This document shows positions 39,492 through 49,192 of a stretch of DNA of 64,000 bases, piece after piece; position 1 is the stretch's first letter, and each line of letters opens with the position of its first letter. The DNA lies in contig OZ245002.1 in assembly GCA_965223415.1 (NCBI GenBank), positions 1,600,001 to 1,664,000 of the forward strand, read 5' to 3'. The position numbers and the translations under genes were made by a program. This DNA is from Myxococcota bacterium. Lineage in GTDB: Bacteria; Myxococcota_A; UBA9160; UBA6930. The notes under the pieces are model-generated. The model saw nothing but the letters and a program-made list of their open reading frames with translations. It searched no databases and was not told the origin of the DNA.

Positions 39492-40639
39492 CCCATGCCC
39501 ATCGCGCGGGAGATGATGTTGCGTTGGATCTGGCTGGTGCCGCCGCCCAGCTCGCACCCCCGCACTTCGAGGACGCGCCTCATGAAGTGGGAATCCCGCT
39601 CGTAGCCCCGCGCACCGGCGCACTGCAGCGCCGCACTGGTCGCCCGGGCGGCGACGTTGTTGGCGAGCATCTTGGCCATCGAGGCCTCCTTCGGGCACGG
39701 CCCCTCGACGTCGCGCTTGCGGGCCGCGGCGTAGACGAGCAGGCGCGCCGCCGCCACCTCGGCCTGGGCCTCCGCCAGCGGATGGGAGACCGCCTGGAAG
39801 CGGCTGATCGGCTGCCCGTACTGCTGCCGGCCGTTCGCGTAGGCGACGCCGTCGTCGATCGCCGCCTGGGCGACGCCGATGGTCTGGGCCGCGTTGGCCA
39901 GGCGCTCCGGGTCCATCAGCCGGGCCAAGTTCAGCCAGCCCTCGTCCGGCGGGCCGAGCATGGCCGAATCGGGCACGACCACGCCTTCGTAGTGGACCTC
40001 GTTGACCATCAGGGCGCGCATGGCCGCATAGCGCTTCTGCTCGAAGCGAAGCCCCTCCGTGCCGTTCTCGACGAGGAACAGGCTGATGCCCCGATGCCTC
40101 GACTTCCCGGGGAAGCTGGCGGTCCGGGCCGCCGTGATGACGACCTCCGCCCGCTCCGCACCCGAAATGGGGCCCTTCACGCCATCGATCCGCCATCCGC
40201 CTTCGACCCGCTCGGCCCGGGTCTCCATGCCGGCGAAGTCCGAGCCCGCCCCCGGCTCGGACATCCCGAGGGCGAAGCGCGTGTCTCCGCTGACGATGGC
40301 CGGCAGGTAGCGCGTCCGCTGCTCCTCGGAGCCACAGATGTGGAGCGCGTGGGAGCCGAAGATGGTGCCCGTGATGTAGAGCGTCGAAAGGGAGATCGAG
40401 GTTCGGCCCACCTCTTCGACGAAGACGCAGAGGTCGAGGACGGAGCCGTCGGAGCCGCCGTGCTCGGTCGGCACTGGAATCCCGGTCCAGCCCCGCTTCG
40501 CGCACTCCCGATAGAAATCATCGGGGTACTCCTCGTCCTGCTCCATCTGCAGGATCCGCTCCGGCGGGTAGTGCTCGTCCAGGAACGCCCGGACGTCGGC
40601 CCGGAGATCGAGCTGCTCCGGCGACAGGTAGATGTCCAT
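39488..40639 (-). CDS. Acyl-CoA dehydrogenase
   Basis: MSEPGAGSD, RQQYGQPISRFQ and GGGTSQIQRNII motifs. Confidence 0.9.
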   Translation of the reverse strand: MDIYLSPEQLDLRADVRAFLDEHYPPERILQMEQDEEYPDDFYRECAKRGWTGIPVPTEHGGSDGSVLDLCVFVEEVGRTSISLSTLYITGTIFGSHALHICGSEEQRTRYLPAIVSGDTRFALGMSEPGAGSDFAGMETRAERVEGGWRIDGVKGPISGAERAEVVITAARTASFPGKSRHRGISLFLVENGTEGLRFEQKRYAAMRALMVNEVHYEGVVVPDSAMLGPPDEGWLNLARLMDPERLANAAQTIGVAQAAIDDGVAYANGRQQYGQPISRFQAVSHPLAEAQAEVAAARLLVYAAARKRDVEGPCPKEASMAKMLANNVAARATSAALQCAGARGYERDSHFMRRVLEVRGCELGGGTSQIQRNIISRAMGMG

Positions 40640-41430
40640 CACTTCCCCTCGAAGTTGGGCGTTCGCTTGTTCTGGAACGCCTCCAGGCCCTCGCGGAAGT
40701 CCGCGGAGCGGATGCAGTCCGCCTGGAGCTGGGCCTCGAGGGCGAGCTGCTCCTCGAGGGACCTCGCGTGCAGGTCGAGCAGCGCCCGCTTGTTGGCCCG
40801 GAGGGCGAGCGGCGCCAGTGCGGCCAGGCGGTCCACCAGGGCCGCCACGCCTTGCTCGAAGCGATCGGCCGGCGTCACCTCGGTTACCAGTCCGGCGGCG
40901 AGCGCCTGCTCCGCGTCGAAGACCCGGCCGAGACTCAGGATCTCGAGCGCCCGGCTCGGGCCCACGAGACGGGAGAGCCACCAGGTCGCGCCGGTGTCGG
41001 CCCCGCTGATGCCGAGGCGTGCGAAGACGAAGCCGAGCCGGGCCCCGTCGCTCATCACCCGGTAGTCCGCGCTGAGCGCCACCGCTGCGCCGCCGCCGTA
41101 GGCATCTCCGTTCAGTGCGGCCACCGTGGGCACCTCGAGGCGCGCCAGTGCCGAGATTCCCGCGTTGGCGTTCTCGAGCTCGGCCACGGCGTAGGCACGA
41201 TTTCCGTCGAGCATCGCCTGCAAGGAGTCAAAGTCGCCGCCGGCCGAGAAGGCGCTCCCTTCCCCGCCGAGAACGAGCACCCGTGCCGAGCCGTCGGATG
41301 CGACCTGGGCGCAGGCCGCGCGCAGCTCGCGGAAAGCCCGGTCGTTGAGCGCGTTGCGCACCGTCGGCCTGCGGATCGTGAGCCGGTAGACACCGCGGTC
41401 GTCCCGCTCGAGGGTGAGGAGGTCAGACAT
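40639..41430 (-). CDS. Enoyl-CoA hydratase/isomerase
   Basis: RPTVRNAL, FSAGGD and NGDAYGGG motifs. Confidence 0.9.
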   Translation of the reverse strand: MSDLLTLERDDRGVYRLTIRRPTVRNALNDRAFRELRAACAQVASDGSARVLVLGGEGSAFSAGGDFDSLQAMLDGNRAYAVAELENANAGISALARLEVPTVAALNGDAYGGGAAVALSADYRVMSDGARLGFVFARLGISGADTGATWWLSRLVGPSRALEILSLGRVFDAEQALAAGLVTEVTPADRFEQGVAALVDRLAALAPLALRANKRALLDLHARSLEEQLALEAQLQADCIRSADFREGLEAFQNKRTPNFEGK

Positions 41431-42283
41431 CGATGTTGAACACGCGCGCTGCGTTGTCTCGGAGGATCTTGCGTGTCGCCTCCTCGGAGAAACCGCAGTC
41501 GTACACATCGTCCACAGTCCGCTTGAAGGGCAACAGCGGGTAATCGGTTCCCCAGATCATCTTGTCCTGGCCGTAGCCGCCCGAGAACTCCTTCAGGCGC
41601 TCGGGCCAGTGGCGCGCCGCGCGCGCGGAAGACTCCACGTAGACGTTCGGGTGCTTCCAGGCGAGGATCATCATCTCCTCCTCCCAAGGATTGCCCACAT
41701 GGGTGCCCAGGATGCGGAGTTCGGGGAAGCTGAGCGCCACCTCGTCCAGGTAGATCGGACGCCCGCACTCCGAAGGCAGGAGCGGCCCGGTGTGTCCGAC
41801 CTGGATGGCGATCGGGATGTCGTACTCGCAGCAGGCCACGTAGAAGGGCCAGTACATGCGATCGGTGGGCGGCGGGGCCGTCGTCCGACCGTCTCCGTAC
41901 TGGTAGGGCTCCACGCGGAAAGCGCGGTAGCCGAGCTCCTCGACACAGCGACGGAACTCCTTCATGGCGGGCATGGGTTCGCGGATGTCGACGGTGAAGC
42001 ACCCGACGAAGCGATCCGGAGCGCGCGCGATGTAGGCCGCCGTCTCGTCGTTGTCGACCACCCAGGTGTCCAGGAACTTGAACGACGAAGCGACACCGAT
42101 CTCGACGCCGGCCTCGTCCATCTCGTCGATGATCTGGTCGAGGGTGAAGCCCTTGCGGAACCGTTCTTCGACTCCGTACTTCCGGAAGATGTGCCAGAAG
42201 GAGTCGGGCCAACGGTCGGCCGTCTCGGGCGACATGATGGACATCCAGGCGTCGATGGCGCCTACGCGCTTCGTGGTGCTCAT
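41423..42283 (-). CDS. Amidohydrolase_2 family protein
   Basis: IDAW, QVGHTGPL..GRPIYLDEVA and WGTDYP..ILRDNAARVF motifs. Confidence 0.85.
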   Translation of the reverse strand: MSTTKRVGAIDAWMSIMSPETADRWPDSFWHIFRKYGVEERFRKGFTLDQIIDEMDEAGVEIGVASSFKFLDTWVVDNDETAAYIARAPDRFVGCFTVDIREPMPAMKEFRRCVEELGYRAFRVEPYQYGDGRTTAPPPTDRMYWPFYVACCEYDIPIAIQVGHTGPLLPSECGRPIYLDEVALSFPELRILGTHVGNPWEEEMMILAWKHPNVYVESSARAARHWPERLKEFSGGYGQDKMIWGTDYPLLPFKRTVDDVYDCGFSEEATRKILRDNAARVFNIDV

Positions 42284-43455
42284 GAGCTCTCCGTGGTCTT
42301 GACCAGCGAGCGCGAGATGATCTCGCGCATGATCTCGGAGGTGCCGGCTCCGATGGAGAAGCCGGCAACGTCCCGGTAGTAGCGGGGGATGGGGGACTCC
42401 TCGATCTGGCCGTAGCCGCCGTGGAGCTGGAGCACGTGGGCGGCCACCGACTGGACGGCCGCCGCGGCGTGAAGCTTCGCCATGGAGACGGCCACGTCGC
42501 CGCCCCGGTCGCCATCGCTCAACAGGCGCGCCGCCTGGTAGCAGAGCGCCCGGGTCGCCTCGAGCTGCGTGGCCATCTCGGCGAGCCGGTGGCGCCAGGA
42601 TTGGAAGTCGAGGAGCGCGGAGCCAAACGCCTTGCGTTCGCGAGCGTGGTCGAGACCCAGCTCGATGAGACGCTCCATGATGCCGACGGCGAATGCGGCG
42701 ATGACGAGCCGCTCCCCGCCGAAGTGGGAGAGGATATAGTGCATCCCCTTCCCTTCCTCACCGATCAGGTTGGTGACGGGGATCCGGCACTCGTCGAAGA
42801 AGAGCTCGCCCGTATCCGACGCCCGCGATCCGAGCTTGTCGAGGCGACGACCGACCTTGAAGCCGGGCGTGTCGGTGGGAAAGACGACGAGCGAAATACC
42901 GCGCGGTCCGACCTCCCCCGTTCGAACGGCGAGCGTCACGAAGTCCGCGCGCGTGCCGTTCGTGATGTAGGTCTTCTGGCCGGAGATCACGTAGTCGCCA
43001 CCCACCCGTCGGGCGCGTGTGCGGATCGCGGCGACGTCGGAGCCGGCGCCGGGCTCGGAGACCCCGATCGAACCGATGCGCTCCCCGCGTATGGCGGGCG
43101 CCAGCCACTCCTCCTTGAGCTCGTCCCTCGCCTCGTCCGCGAGAGCCGAGAGGGCGAACTCCGACTGCGCCAGCAGGCCGACGGCGGTGCCGACCGAATC
43201 CCCCTTCGCGAGCTCCTCGCAGAGCACGCAGGTGGAGAGGAAATCCAGACCGCTGCCGCCCCAGCGCTCCTCGTAACGCATGCCCAGGAATCCGAGCGCG
43301 CCGGCCTTGCGGTAGAGCTCGCGCGGGAACTCTCCGGCGGCCTCCCAGGCATCCGCGTTCGGCCGGATCTCCCGATCGGTGAAGGCCGCCGCGCTCTCGC
43401 GCAGCGCCTGGTGATCGGCTCCCAGGTAGAGGGAGGGAAGGCGGAGGAGGCTCAT
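42280..43455 (-). CDS. Acyl-CoA dehydrogenase
   Basis: VSEPGAGSDVA, GQKTYITNG, LQLHGGYG and IGAGTSEIM motifs. Confidence 0.9.
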   Translation of the reverse strand: MSLLRLPSLYLGADHQALRESAAAFTDREIRPNADAWEAAGEFPRELYRKAGALGFLGMRYEERWGGSGLDFLSTCVLCEELAKGDSVGTAVGLLAQSEFALSALADEARDELKEEWLAPAIRGERIGSIGVSEPGAGSDVAAIRTRARRVGGDYVISGQKTYITNGTRADFVTLAVRTGEVGPRGISLVVFPTDTPGFKVGRRLDKLGSRASDTGELFFDECRIPVTNLIGEEGKGMHYILSHFGGERLVIAAFAVGIMERLIELGLDHARERKAFGSALLDFQSWRHRLAEMATQLEATRALCYQAARLLSDGDRGGDVAVSMAKLHAAAAVQSVAAHVLQLHGGYGQIEESPIPRYYRDVAGFSIGAGTSEIMREIISRSLVKTTESS

Positions 43456-43469
43456 CGGGGTGTTCCTTC

Positions 43470-43511
43470 TTGACTGATGACCAGACTATGATATTGGTCA
43501 TTCATCGTCAA
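43470..43511. promoter_or_regulatory. Divergent control region: TetR operator overlapping a sigma70-type promoter of the ACAD operon
   Basis: ATGACCA(43477-83)/TGGTCAT(43495-501) inverted repeat; minus-strand TTGACG-17nt-TAGTCT. Confidence 0.6.
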
Positions 43512-43531
43512 CCGCTCTCCGGGAGCCTCCC

Positions 43532-44152
43532 ATGGCCGCCCTGCCCGACCCGGCGACCCGCCTGATCGCCGCCGCCGAGACCCAGTTCCGCCGCTTCGGC
43601 TACCGGCGCACGACGATCGACGACATCACCGCGGACGCCGGCACCGGAAAGGGCAGCCTCTACCTCCACTTCGAGTCGAAGCAGGCCGTCTACCTGGCCG
43701 TCGTGGGGGCGTCGGTCGAGCGCTTCGTGGGCGGCGCCTCCGAGCTACTGGAGGGGCCGGGCGCGGTCCCCGTGCGGCTTCGCTCCCTGGTCGAGCTGAC
43801 GATCGACCACTACGGAAGGGACGAGCTGCTCCAATCGTCGCTGTTCGGGAACGGCGCCCTCGTGGATGGCGAGGTCGCCCGAAGAGCGGCCGACCTCCAG
43901 CGCACCCGCATCGTCCACCTCCTGCGCGAGCTCCTCGCGGAGGGAACGCGAGAGGGAACAGTGCGCGCCGACATCGATGTGGACGCTGGCGCAGCCGTGC
44001 TCTTCGAGATCGGCTGGGCGGTCGTCCGCACCGCCCTCGAGGGCTCGAGCCGGATCCCCCTGGACGAGGCACTGAACACACTCAACCTGATCGTCGGCCT
44101 GGGCCTGCTGCCGCGGGGTGGCGGGTCGCCCGGGCCCCGACCGGAGGCGTGA
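43532..44152 (+). CDS. TetR/AcrR family regulator
   Basis: FRRFGYRRTTIDDITADAGTGKGSLYLHFESK HTH. Confidence 0.9.
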   Translation: MAALPDPATRLIAAAETQFRRFGYRRTTIDDITADAGTGKGSLYLHFESKQAVYLAVVGASVERFVGGASELLEGPGAVPVRLRSLVELTIDHYGRDELLQSSLFGNGALVDGEVARRAADLQRTRIVHLLRELLAEGTREGTVRADIDVDAGAAVLFEIGWAVVRTALEGSSRIPLDEALNTLNLIVGLGLLPRGGGSPGPRPEA

Positions 44153-44153
44153 C

Positions 44154-44519
44154 GTGGACAACGAGCAGATCATCCGAAACTTCATCCAGGCCTGGTCGCG
44201 GCTCGATGCGGAGGAGCTCGCCAGCTACTTCACCGAGGATGGCGTGTACCACAACATGCCAACGGGCCCGGTGGCGGGGCGCAAGAACGTCCAGCAGATG
44301 ATCGCGGGCTTCATCTCGAGCTGGACCCGGACCGAGTGGGACATCCTCCATCTCGTGTCGGCGGGTGACGTCGTGATCGCCGAGCGCCTCGACCGCACGA
44401 AGGCCGGGGACAAGGGCGTCGATCTTCCCTGCACCGGCGTCTTCGAGATGAAGAACGGCAAGATCCGCGTGTGGCGCGACTACTTCGACCTCGGGACCTA
44501 CGCCAAGGGAATGAGCTGA
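44154..44519 (+). CDS. Limonene-1,2-epoxide hydrolase family (NTF2-like) protein
   Basis: YHNMP, VIAERLD and GVFE..GKIRVWRDYFD motifs. Confidence 0.88.
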   Translation: MDNEQIIRNFIQAWSRLDAEELASYFTEDGVYHNMPTGPVAGRKNVQQMIAGFISSWTRTEWDILHLVSAGDVVIAERLDRTKAGDKGVDLPCTGVFEMKNGKIRVWRDYFDLGTYAKGMS

Positions 44520-44525
44520 CCGGGC

Positions 44526-45428
44526 CTAGAGGTAGGACACCCCGGTCAGCTCCTGGCTCAGATCCCACAGCCGCCGGGCCACCCCCTCGTCGTGGATGTG
44601 GTCCGCGATCACCGCCGGCCCCGCGGAGCGGGCCATCTCGAAGCGCTTTGTGGGCCCGTAGTAGTCCCGCGGCTTCGCCTCGGGGGAGGTCGCGGCCAGG
44701 AGCGAGGGGAGCGCGCCCTCCGCCGGCGTGTTGAAGATGGGGCGGATGATCGGCGCGAAGATCCGGAACCACTTCGGGAAGGTCCGCGAGAGCTCCGTAT
44801 CGGCGACGCCGGGATGGCAGGCCACGCTGGTCACGCCGACGCCCCGGGCCTCGAGACGTCGCGCCAGCTCGAGGGTGAAGTAGAGGTTGGCCGCCTTGCT
44901 CATCTGGTAGCGCTCCATCGCCTTGTAGGAGCGCTCGGCGTGGGGATCCTCGAAGTCGATCCGGCCGCCCCGGTGGGCGCCGCTGCTCACGTTCACGACG
45001 CGGGCCCCTGGCGTCCCGGCCAGCAGGTGCAGCAGGTGGCCGGTGAGCGCGAAGTGGCCGAGGTGATTGACGCCGAACTGCAGCTCGAAGCCGTCCTCGG
45101 TGAGGGTCTTCGGGGGGATCATCACGCCGGCGTTGTTCACGAGGACGTCGAGGCGCGGCTCGCTCTTCACCGCCTGCGCCGCGCCCTCCGCGGACTTCAG
45201 GCTCGTCAGATCGAGGGGGATCCAGGCGAGGTCCGCCCCGGGGTGCAGGGCACGGATCTCGTCCATGGCCTGCGTGGCCTTCTCCTCCGAGCGACAGCCA
45301 AACAGCACCCGGCCGCCGCGGCCCGCGAGGACCCGCGAGGCCTCGTACCCGATGCCGGTGTTCGCGCCGGTGATGAAGAAGGTCTTGCCTTCTTGGGACG
45401 GGACGGAGGACTCGGAGTAGTCGGTCAT
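44526..45428 (-). CDS. SDR oxidoreductase (retinol-dehydrogenase-like)
   Basis: TGANTGIG, NNAG, FGVNHLGHF and YQMSK motifs. Confidence 0.92.
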   Translation of the reverse strand: MTDYSESSVPSQEGKTFFITGANTGIGYEASRVLAGRGGRVLFGCRSEEKATQAMDEIRALHPGADLAWIPLDLTSLKSAEGAAQAVKSEPRLDVLVNNAGVMIPPKTLTEDGFELQFGVNHLGHFALTGHLLHLLAGTPGARVVNVSSGAHRGGRIDFEDPHAERSYKAMERYQMSKAANLYFTLELARRLEARGVGVTSVACHPGVADTELSRTFPKWFRIFAPIIRPIFNTPAEGALPSLLAATSPEAKPRDYYGPTKRFEMARSAGPAVIADHIHDEGVARRLWDLSQELTGVSYL

Positions 45429-45540
45429 GGGTCGGGTCCGGGGATGAGCGATTGAATCCGGATCTTAGGGCAGATATCGTGGCCAGCCCGATGGGCCTTC
45501 GAACGCAGAGCGTCGGACGCGCCCACCCACGGAGGTCTCC

Positions 45541-45978
45541 ATGACCAGGCTTCTCGCCCTCGGGCTGATCGCCTCTCTCCTCGGCTGCAACGGCCCCCTC
45601 GTTCTGCTGCCCGGCGGCACGATCGAAGGCACGCTGGCACCGGCGCCCGCCGACTGGTCGTTCACGGACGCGGTCGACACGGTGCAGCTCGAGACGAACC
45701 CGACCGAGCCCTACTCGGTGAACATCTGGCTGATCGGCCTGGGCGAGCATGCCTACGTGCACGCCGGGGACAACCGGTCCGCCTGGGTGGAGCACATGGA
45801 GGCGGATCCGAAGGTGCGCGTGCGGGTGGAGGAATCGATCTACGAACTGGCCGCCGCGCGGGTCGACGGCCAGGACGAGTTCGATCGCTTCGCGGACGCC
45901 TACGAGAAGAAGTACGGGCGCCGCCCGGGCAACGAGAACGTGGCGGAGGCCTACCTCTTCCGCCTCGGGGCGCGCTGA
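45541..45978 (+). CDS. Lipoprotein, DUF2255/split-barrel-like
   Basis: LLGC lipobox; PYSVNIW..W..DPKVRVRV..YEKKY. Confidence 0.6.
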   Translation: MTRLLALGLIASLLGCNGPLVLLPGGTIEGTLAPAPADWSFTDAVDTVQLETNPTEPYSVNIWLIGLGEHAYVHAGDNRSAWVEHMEADPKVRVRVEESIYELAAARVDGQDEFDRFADAYEKKYGRRPGNENVAEAYLFRLGAR

Positions 45979-45982
45979 TCCC

Positions 45983-46966
45983 ATGGAACGGCGCACGCTG
46001 GGAGGCCTCGAGGTCAGTGCGATCGGGCTCGGCTGCATGAGCATGACCGATTCCTACGGGAAGGCGGATCCCGAGGAGTCGGAGAAGACGCTCCGCCGGG
46101 CCCTCGAGCTTGGCGTGACCTTCTTCGACACCGCCAACGCCTACGGCCTCGGAGAGAACGAGCGACTCGTCGGACGCGTGCTGGCGGACCACCGGAACGA
46201 GATCCAGCTCTCCACGAAGTTCGGCTTCGTCGTGCGCGAGGGCGGGCCCACGATCGACGGGCACCCCGACCGCGTCGAGGAACGCTGCGACGAGTCCCTC
46301 GAGCGCCTCGGCATGGAGGCGATCGATCTCTACTTCCTGCATCGCCCCGACCCGGAGGTTCCGATCGAGGACACCGTCGGTGCGATGGCGCGACTCGTGG
46401 AGGCCGGGAAGGTCCGCCACCTGGGGCTGTGTGAGATCTCCGCGCGGACCCTGCGCAAGGCCTGCGCGGTCCACCCGATCGCCGCGGTGCAGTCGGAGTA
46501 CTCGCTCTGGACCCGCGATCCGGAGACCCACGTGCTGCCGGCCTGCCGGGAGCTCGGGGTGGGCTTCGTCCCGTTCAGCCCGATCGGTCGCGCCGTGCTG
46601 ACCGGGACCATCGATCGCGAGACCCGCTTCGAGAACGGCCCGGACATGCGCTCCAGCATGCCGCGTTTCCAGGGGGAGAACCTGGAGAAGAACCTCCAGC
46701 TGGTGGACGGGCTCAAGGCGGTGGCCGCCGAGCTGGAGGTGACGCCGGGCCAGCTGGCCCTGGCCTGGCTGCTCGGAAAGGGCGAGCACATCGCGCCGAT
46801 CCCGGGAACGAAGCGGCGGCGCTACCTGGAGGAGAACGCAGCCGCCGCCGGGATCGCCCTCGACGCTGCGATGATCAGCCGCCTCGATGGGATCTTCGCG
46901 CCCGAAGAGGTGTCCGGCGAGCGCTATGGCCAGCGCTGGATGCAGTCCACGGACACGGACGACTGA
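45983..46966 (+). CDS. Aldo/keto reductase
   Basis: IGLGCM, FDTANAYG, STKFG, YFLHRPD and PIPGTKR motifs. Confidence 0.92.
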   Translation: MERRTLGGLEVSAIGLGCMSMTDSYGKADPEESEKTLRRALELGVTFFDTANAYGLGENERLVGRVLADHRNEIQLSTKFGFVVREGGPTIDGHPDRVEERCDESLERLGMEAIDLYFLHRPDPEVPIEDTVGAMARLVEAGKVRHLGLCEISARTLRKACAVHPIAAVQSEYSLWTRDPETHVLPACRELGVGFVPFSPIGRAVLTGTIDRETRFENGPDMRSSMPRFQGENLEKNLQLVDGLKAVAAELEVTPGQLALAWLLGKGEHIAPIPGTKRRRYLEENAAAAGIALDAAMISRLDGIFAPEEVSGERYGQRWMQSTDTDD

Positions 46967-47005
46967 GACGAGCACCCTGGTGGAGCGCGACCCACCGGAA
47001 GCGGC

Positions 47006-48490
47006 TCACCTCATCTCGTAGTCGTCGAAGCGCGGGTTCCCCATCTCCTCCCGGAACCGGTCGAAGGTCCACGGCCACACGGCCGGCACCCCATGGGCGT
47101 CCAGGTACCAGCTGTTGCAGCCGCTCTGCCAGATCGTGGTCTTGGCGGCCTCCTTGCGCTCCTCGTCGAAGCGCTCCACGGATTCCTGCGCCGCGCTGAT
47201 CTCCCGGCACTCGCCGGATCGGACTTTCTCCACGAGCTGCATGATGTAGGAGAACTGCAGCTCCGCGACCTCGATCAGGGAGAAGTTGCCGACCGGGCCG
47301 TTGGGGCCGTTGAGCATGAACAGGTTCGGGAATTCCGCGACCGAGATGGCCATGTATGCGCACGGGCCGTCGCTCCAGGCCTCCTCCAGGGAGAGCCCGT
47401 CGCGTCCCACGACCTCCATCGGCCGCATGAAGCGGTCGACGCGGAAGCCGGTGGCGAGGATCAGCACGTCGAGCTCGTGCAGCTCGCCGTCGCGGGTGCG
47501 GACGCCACCGGGCTCGACTCGCTCGATTCCCTCGGTGACGAGATTCGCGTTGGGCTCCTGGATGGCCTCGTAGAAGTTCTCGGACATGATCAGGCGCTTG
47601 CAACCGGCGCGGTAGTTCGGGCGCAGCTTCTCCTTCAGCTCCGGGTCGCGGACGCTGGTCTCGAGGTTCTGCTCGCAGGCGTCGTGCATCGCCTGGAGCA
47701 CCGGCGAGTAGGCATCGACGACCGCGTTGGCGAAGCCGTCCACGAACTGCTTCGAGGTCTCCTCCCGGAGCTGGGCGATCGCCTCCGGGTGCTTGCGAAA
47801 CTCCTCCTTCTCCTCCTCGGAGTAGGCCGGGTTCTCCTGGGGCATGATCCACTGGGCGGTGCGCTGGAAGAGCGTGAGCTCCGCAACCTCGTCGATCAGC
47901 GCGCCCACGATCTGGATCGCCGTGGAGCCCGTCCCGATGACGCCGACCCGCTTGCCCGCGAGCTCCACGTCGTGGTTCCAGCGGGCGCTGTGGAACATGT
48001 CGCCCTCGAAGCTGCTGAGGCCTTCGATGTCCGGGTAGGAGGGGTGGTGCAGGACGCCGGTGGCCGCGATGACGAAGTCCCCCTCGTCCCGCGTGCCGTC
48101 GGCGGTCTCGATCCGCCAGCGCCCGTCCTCGAAGGCGCAGTGGGTGATCTCCTGGCCGAACTGGATCCTCCCCGTCACGCCGTAGCGCTTGGCGACGTCC
48201 TCGAAGTAGGCCTGGATCTCCGGGCCCGGCGAGAAGCGGTGGCTCCATTCCGGGTTGTACGCGAAGGAGTAGCTGTAGAAGTGGGAGGGAACGTCGCAGG
48301 TGAGGCCCGCGTACTCGTTCTCCCGCCAGGTACCGCCGAGGCGCTCGGCCTTCTCGTAGATGGCGAAGTCGAGGCCGGCCTCCTCCAGCTTGATCGCGCT
48401 GAGGATGCCGGACATGCCGGCTCCGATGATGAGGAAGCGCAGATCGGTGCGGGCCTCGGGTGTCGCAATCGGGGTGGCGGCGGCGGTCAT
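47006..48490 (-). CDS. Baeyer-Villiger-type flavin monooxygenase
   Basis: GAGMSG, GGTWREN, FEGDMFHSARW fingerprint and GTGSTA. Confidence 0.92.
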   Translation of the reverse strand: MTAAATPIATPEARTDLRFLIIGAGMSGILSAIKLEEAGLDFAIYEKAERLGGTWRENEYAGLTCDVPSHFYSYSFAYNPEWSHRFSPGPEIQAYFEDVAKRYGVTGRIQFGQEITHCAFEDGRWRIETADGTRDEGDFVIAATGVLHHPSYPDIEGLSSFEGDMFHSARWNHDVELAGKRVGVIGTGSTAIQIVGALIDEVAELTLFQRTAQWIMPQENPAYSEEEKEEFRKHPEAIAQLREETSKQFVDGFANAVVDAYSPVLQAMHDACEQNLETSVRDPELKEKLRPNYRAGCKRLIMSENFYEAIQEPNANLVTEGIERVEPGGVRTRDGELHELDVLILATGFRVDRFMRPMEVVGRDGLSLEEAWSDGPCAYMAISVAEFPNLFMLNGPNGPVGNFSLIEVAELQFSYIMQLVEKVRSGECREISAAQESVERFDEERKEAAKTTIWQSGCNSWYLDAHGVPAVWPWTFDRFREEMGNPRFDDYEMR

Positions 48491-49164
48491 GTCTTCTCCT
48501 CGTCTTCCGGTTCCCAGGCCAGGGCGGGCAGGCCGCCCATCGTGAAGCGCACCAGGGCGTCGAGCAGGCGCTCACGCGCCGCGGGCCGTTCGTCGTCCGG
48601 CAGGTCCTGGTAGAGAGCCACGCTGCTGAGGCCCAGGTCGATCACCAGCTGCGCGGCGAGCCGGCAATCCGTTTCGGGGACGCCGGCGGCGGCGAGCCGG
48701 TGGTAGTAGGCGGCGAGTCGATCGACCCAGCCTTCGTGGCTCTCGCGCAGGTAGCCGGACACCACCGGGTCGTCGTTGTCCCGCTCGCGTCGCTGGATGC
48801 GGAGCAGGTCCCCGTGCTCGTCGGCCAGGTCGAGGGCCATGCCGTAGCAGGCCCGGGCGAGGTCCACGAAGCCGGCGCGCTCCGCGGCGCCCGGGGCCTC
48901 CAGGCTCGCGAGCAGCCGATCGCGGAAGGCGCGGCCGTGCTCGTCGAGGATCGCCACGAGCAGCTCGTTCTTGTCGCGGAACTGGTGGTAGAAGCTGCCG
49001 GTGGAGACGCCAGCGGGCCGCAGGATGTCGTCGACCAGGATGGTGCCGGCGAGCCCCTTGCGCGCGAAGGCCTTGCGGCCCGCCTCCATCAGGCGTTGCC
49101 GCGTCGCGAGGGCACCCCGCCGGCGCGGGGCCGGGGTGGCGGGACTGGCGGAGGCGGGGGCCAT
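48487..49164 (-). CDS. TetR/AcrR family regulator
   Basis: AGVSTGSFYHQFRDK HTH. Confidence 0.88.
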   Translation of the reverse strand: MAPASASPATPAPRRRGALATRQRLMEAGRKAFARKGLAGTILVDDILRPAGVSTGSFYHQFRDKNELLVAILDEHGRAFRDRLLASLEAPGAAERAGFVDLARACYGMALDLADEHGDLLRIQRRERDNDDPVVSGYLRESHEGWVDRLAAYYHRLAAAGVPETDCRLAAQLVIDLGLSSVALYQDLPDDERPAARERLLDALVRFTMGGLPALAWEPEDEEKT

Positions 49165-49168
49165 CCGC

Positions 49169-49188
49169 TCTAGAATACAGCTTCTAGA
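49169..49188. promoter_or_regulatory. Putative TetR operator
   Basis: TCTAGAA-N6-TTCTAGA inverted repeat just upstream of the tetR start. Confidence 0.5.
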
Positions 49189-49192
49189 AGAA

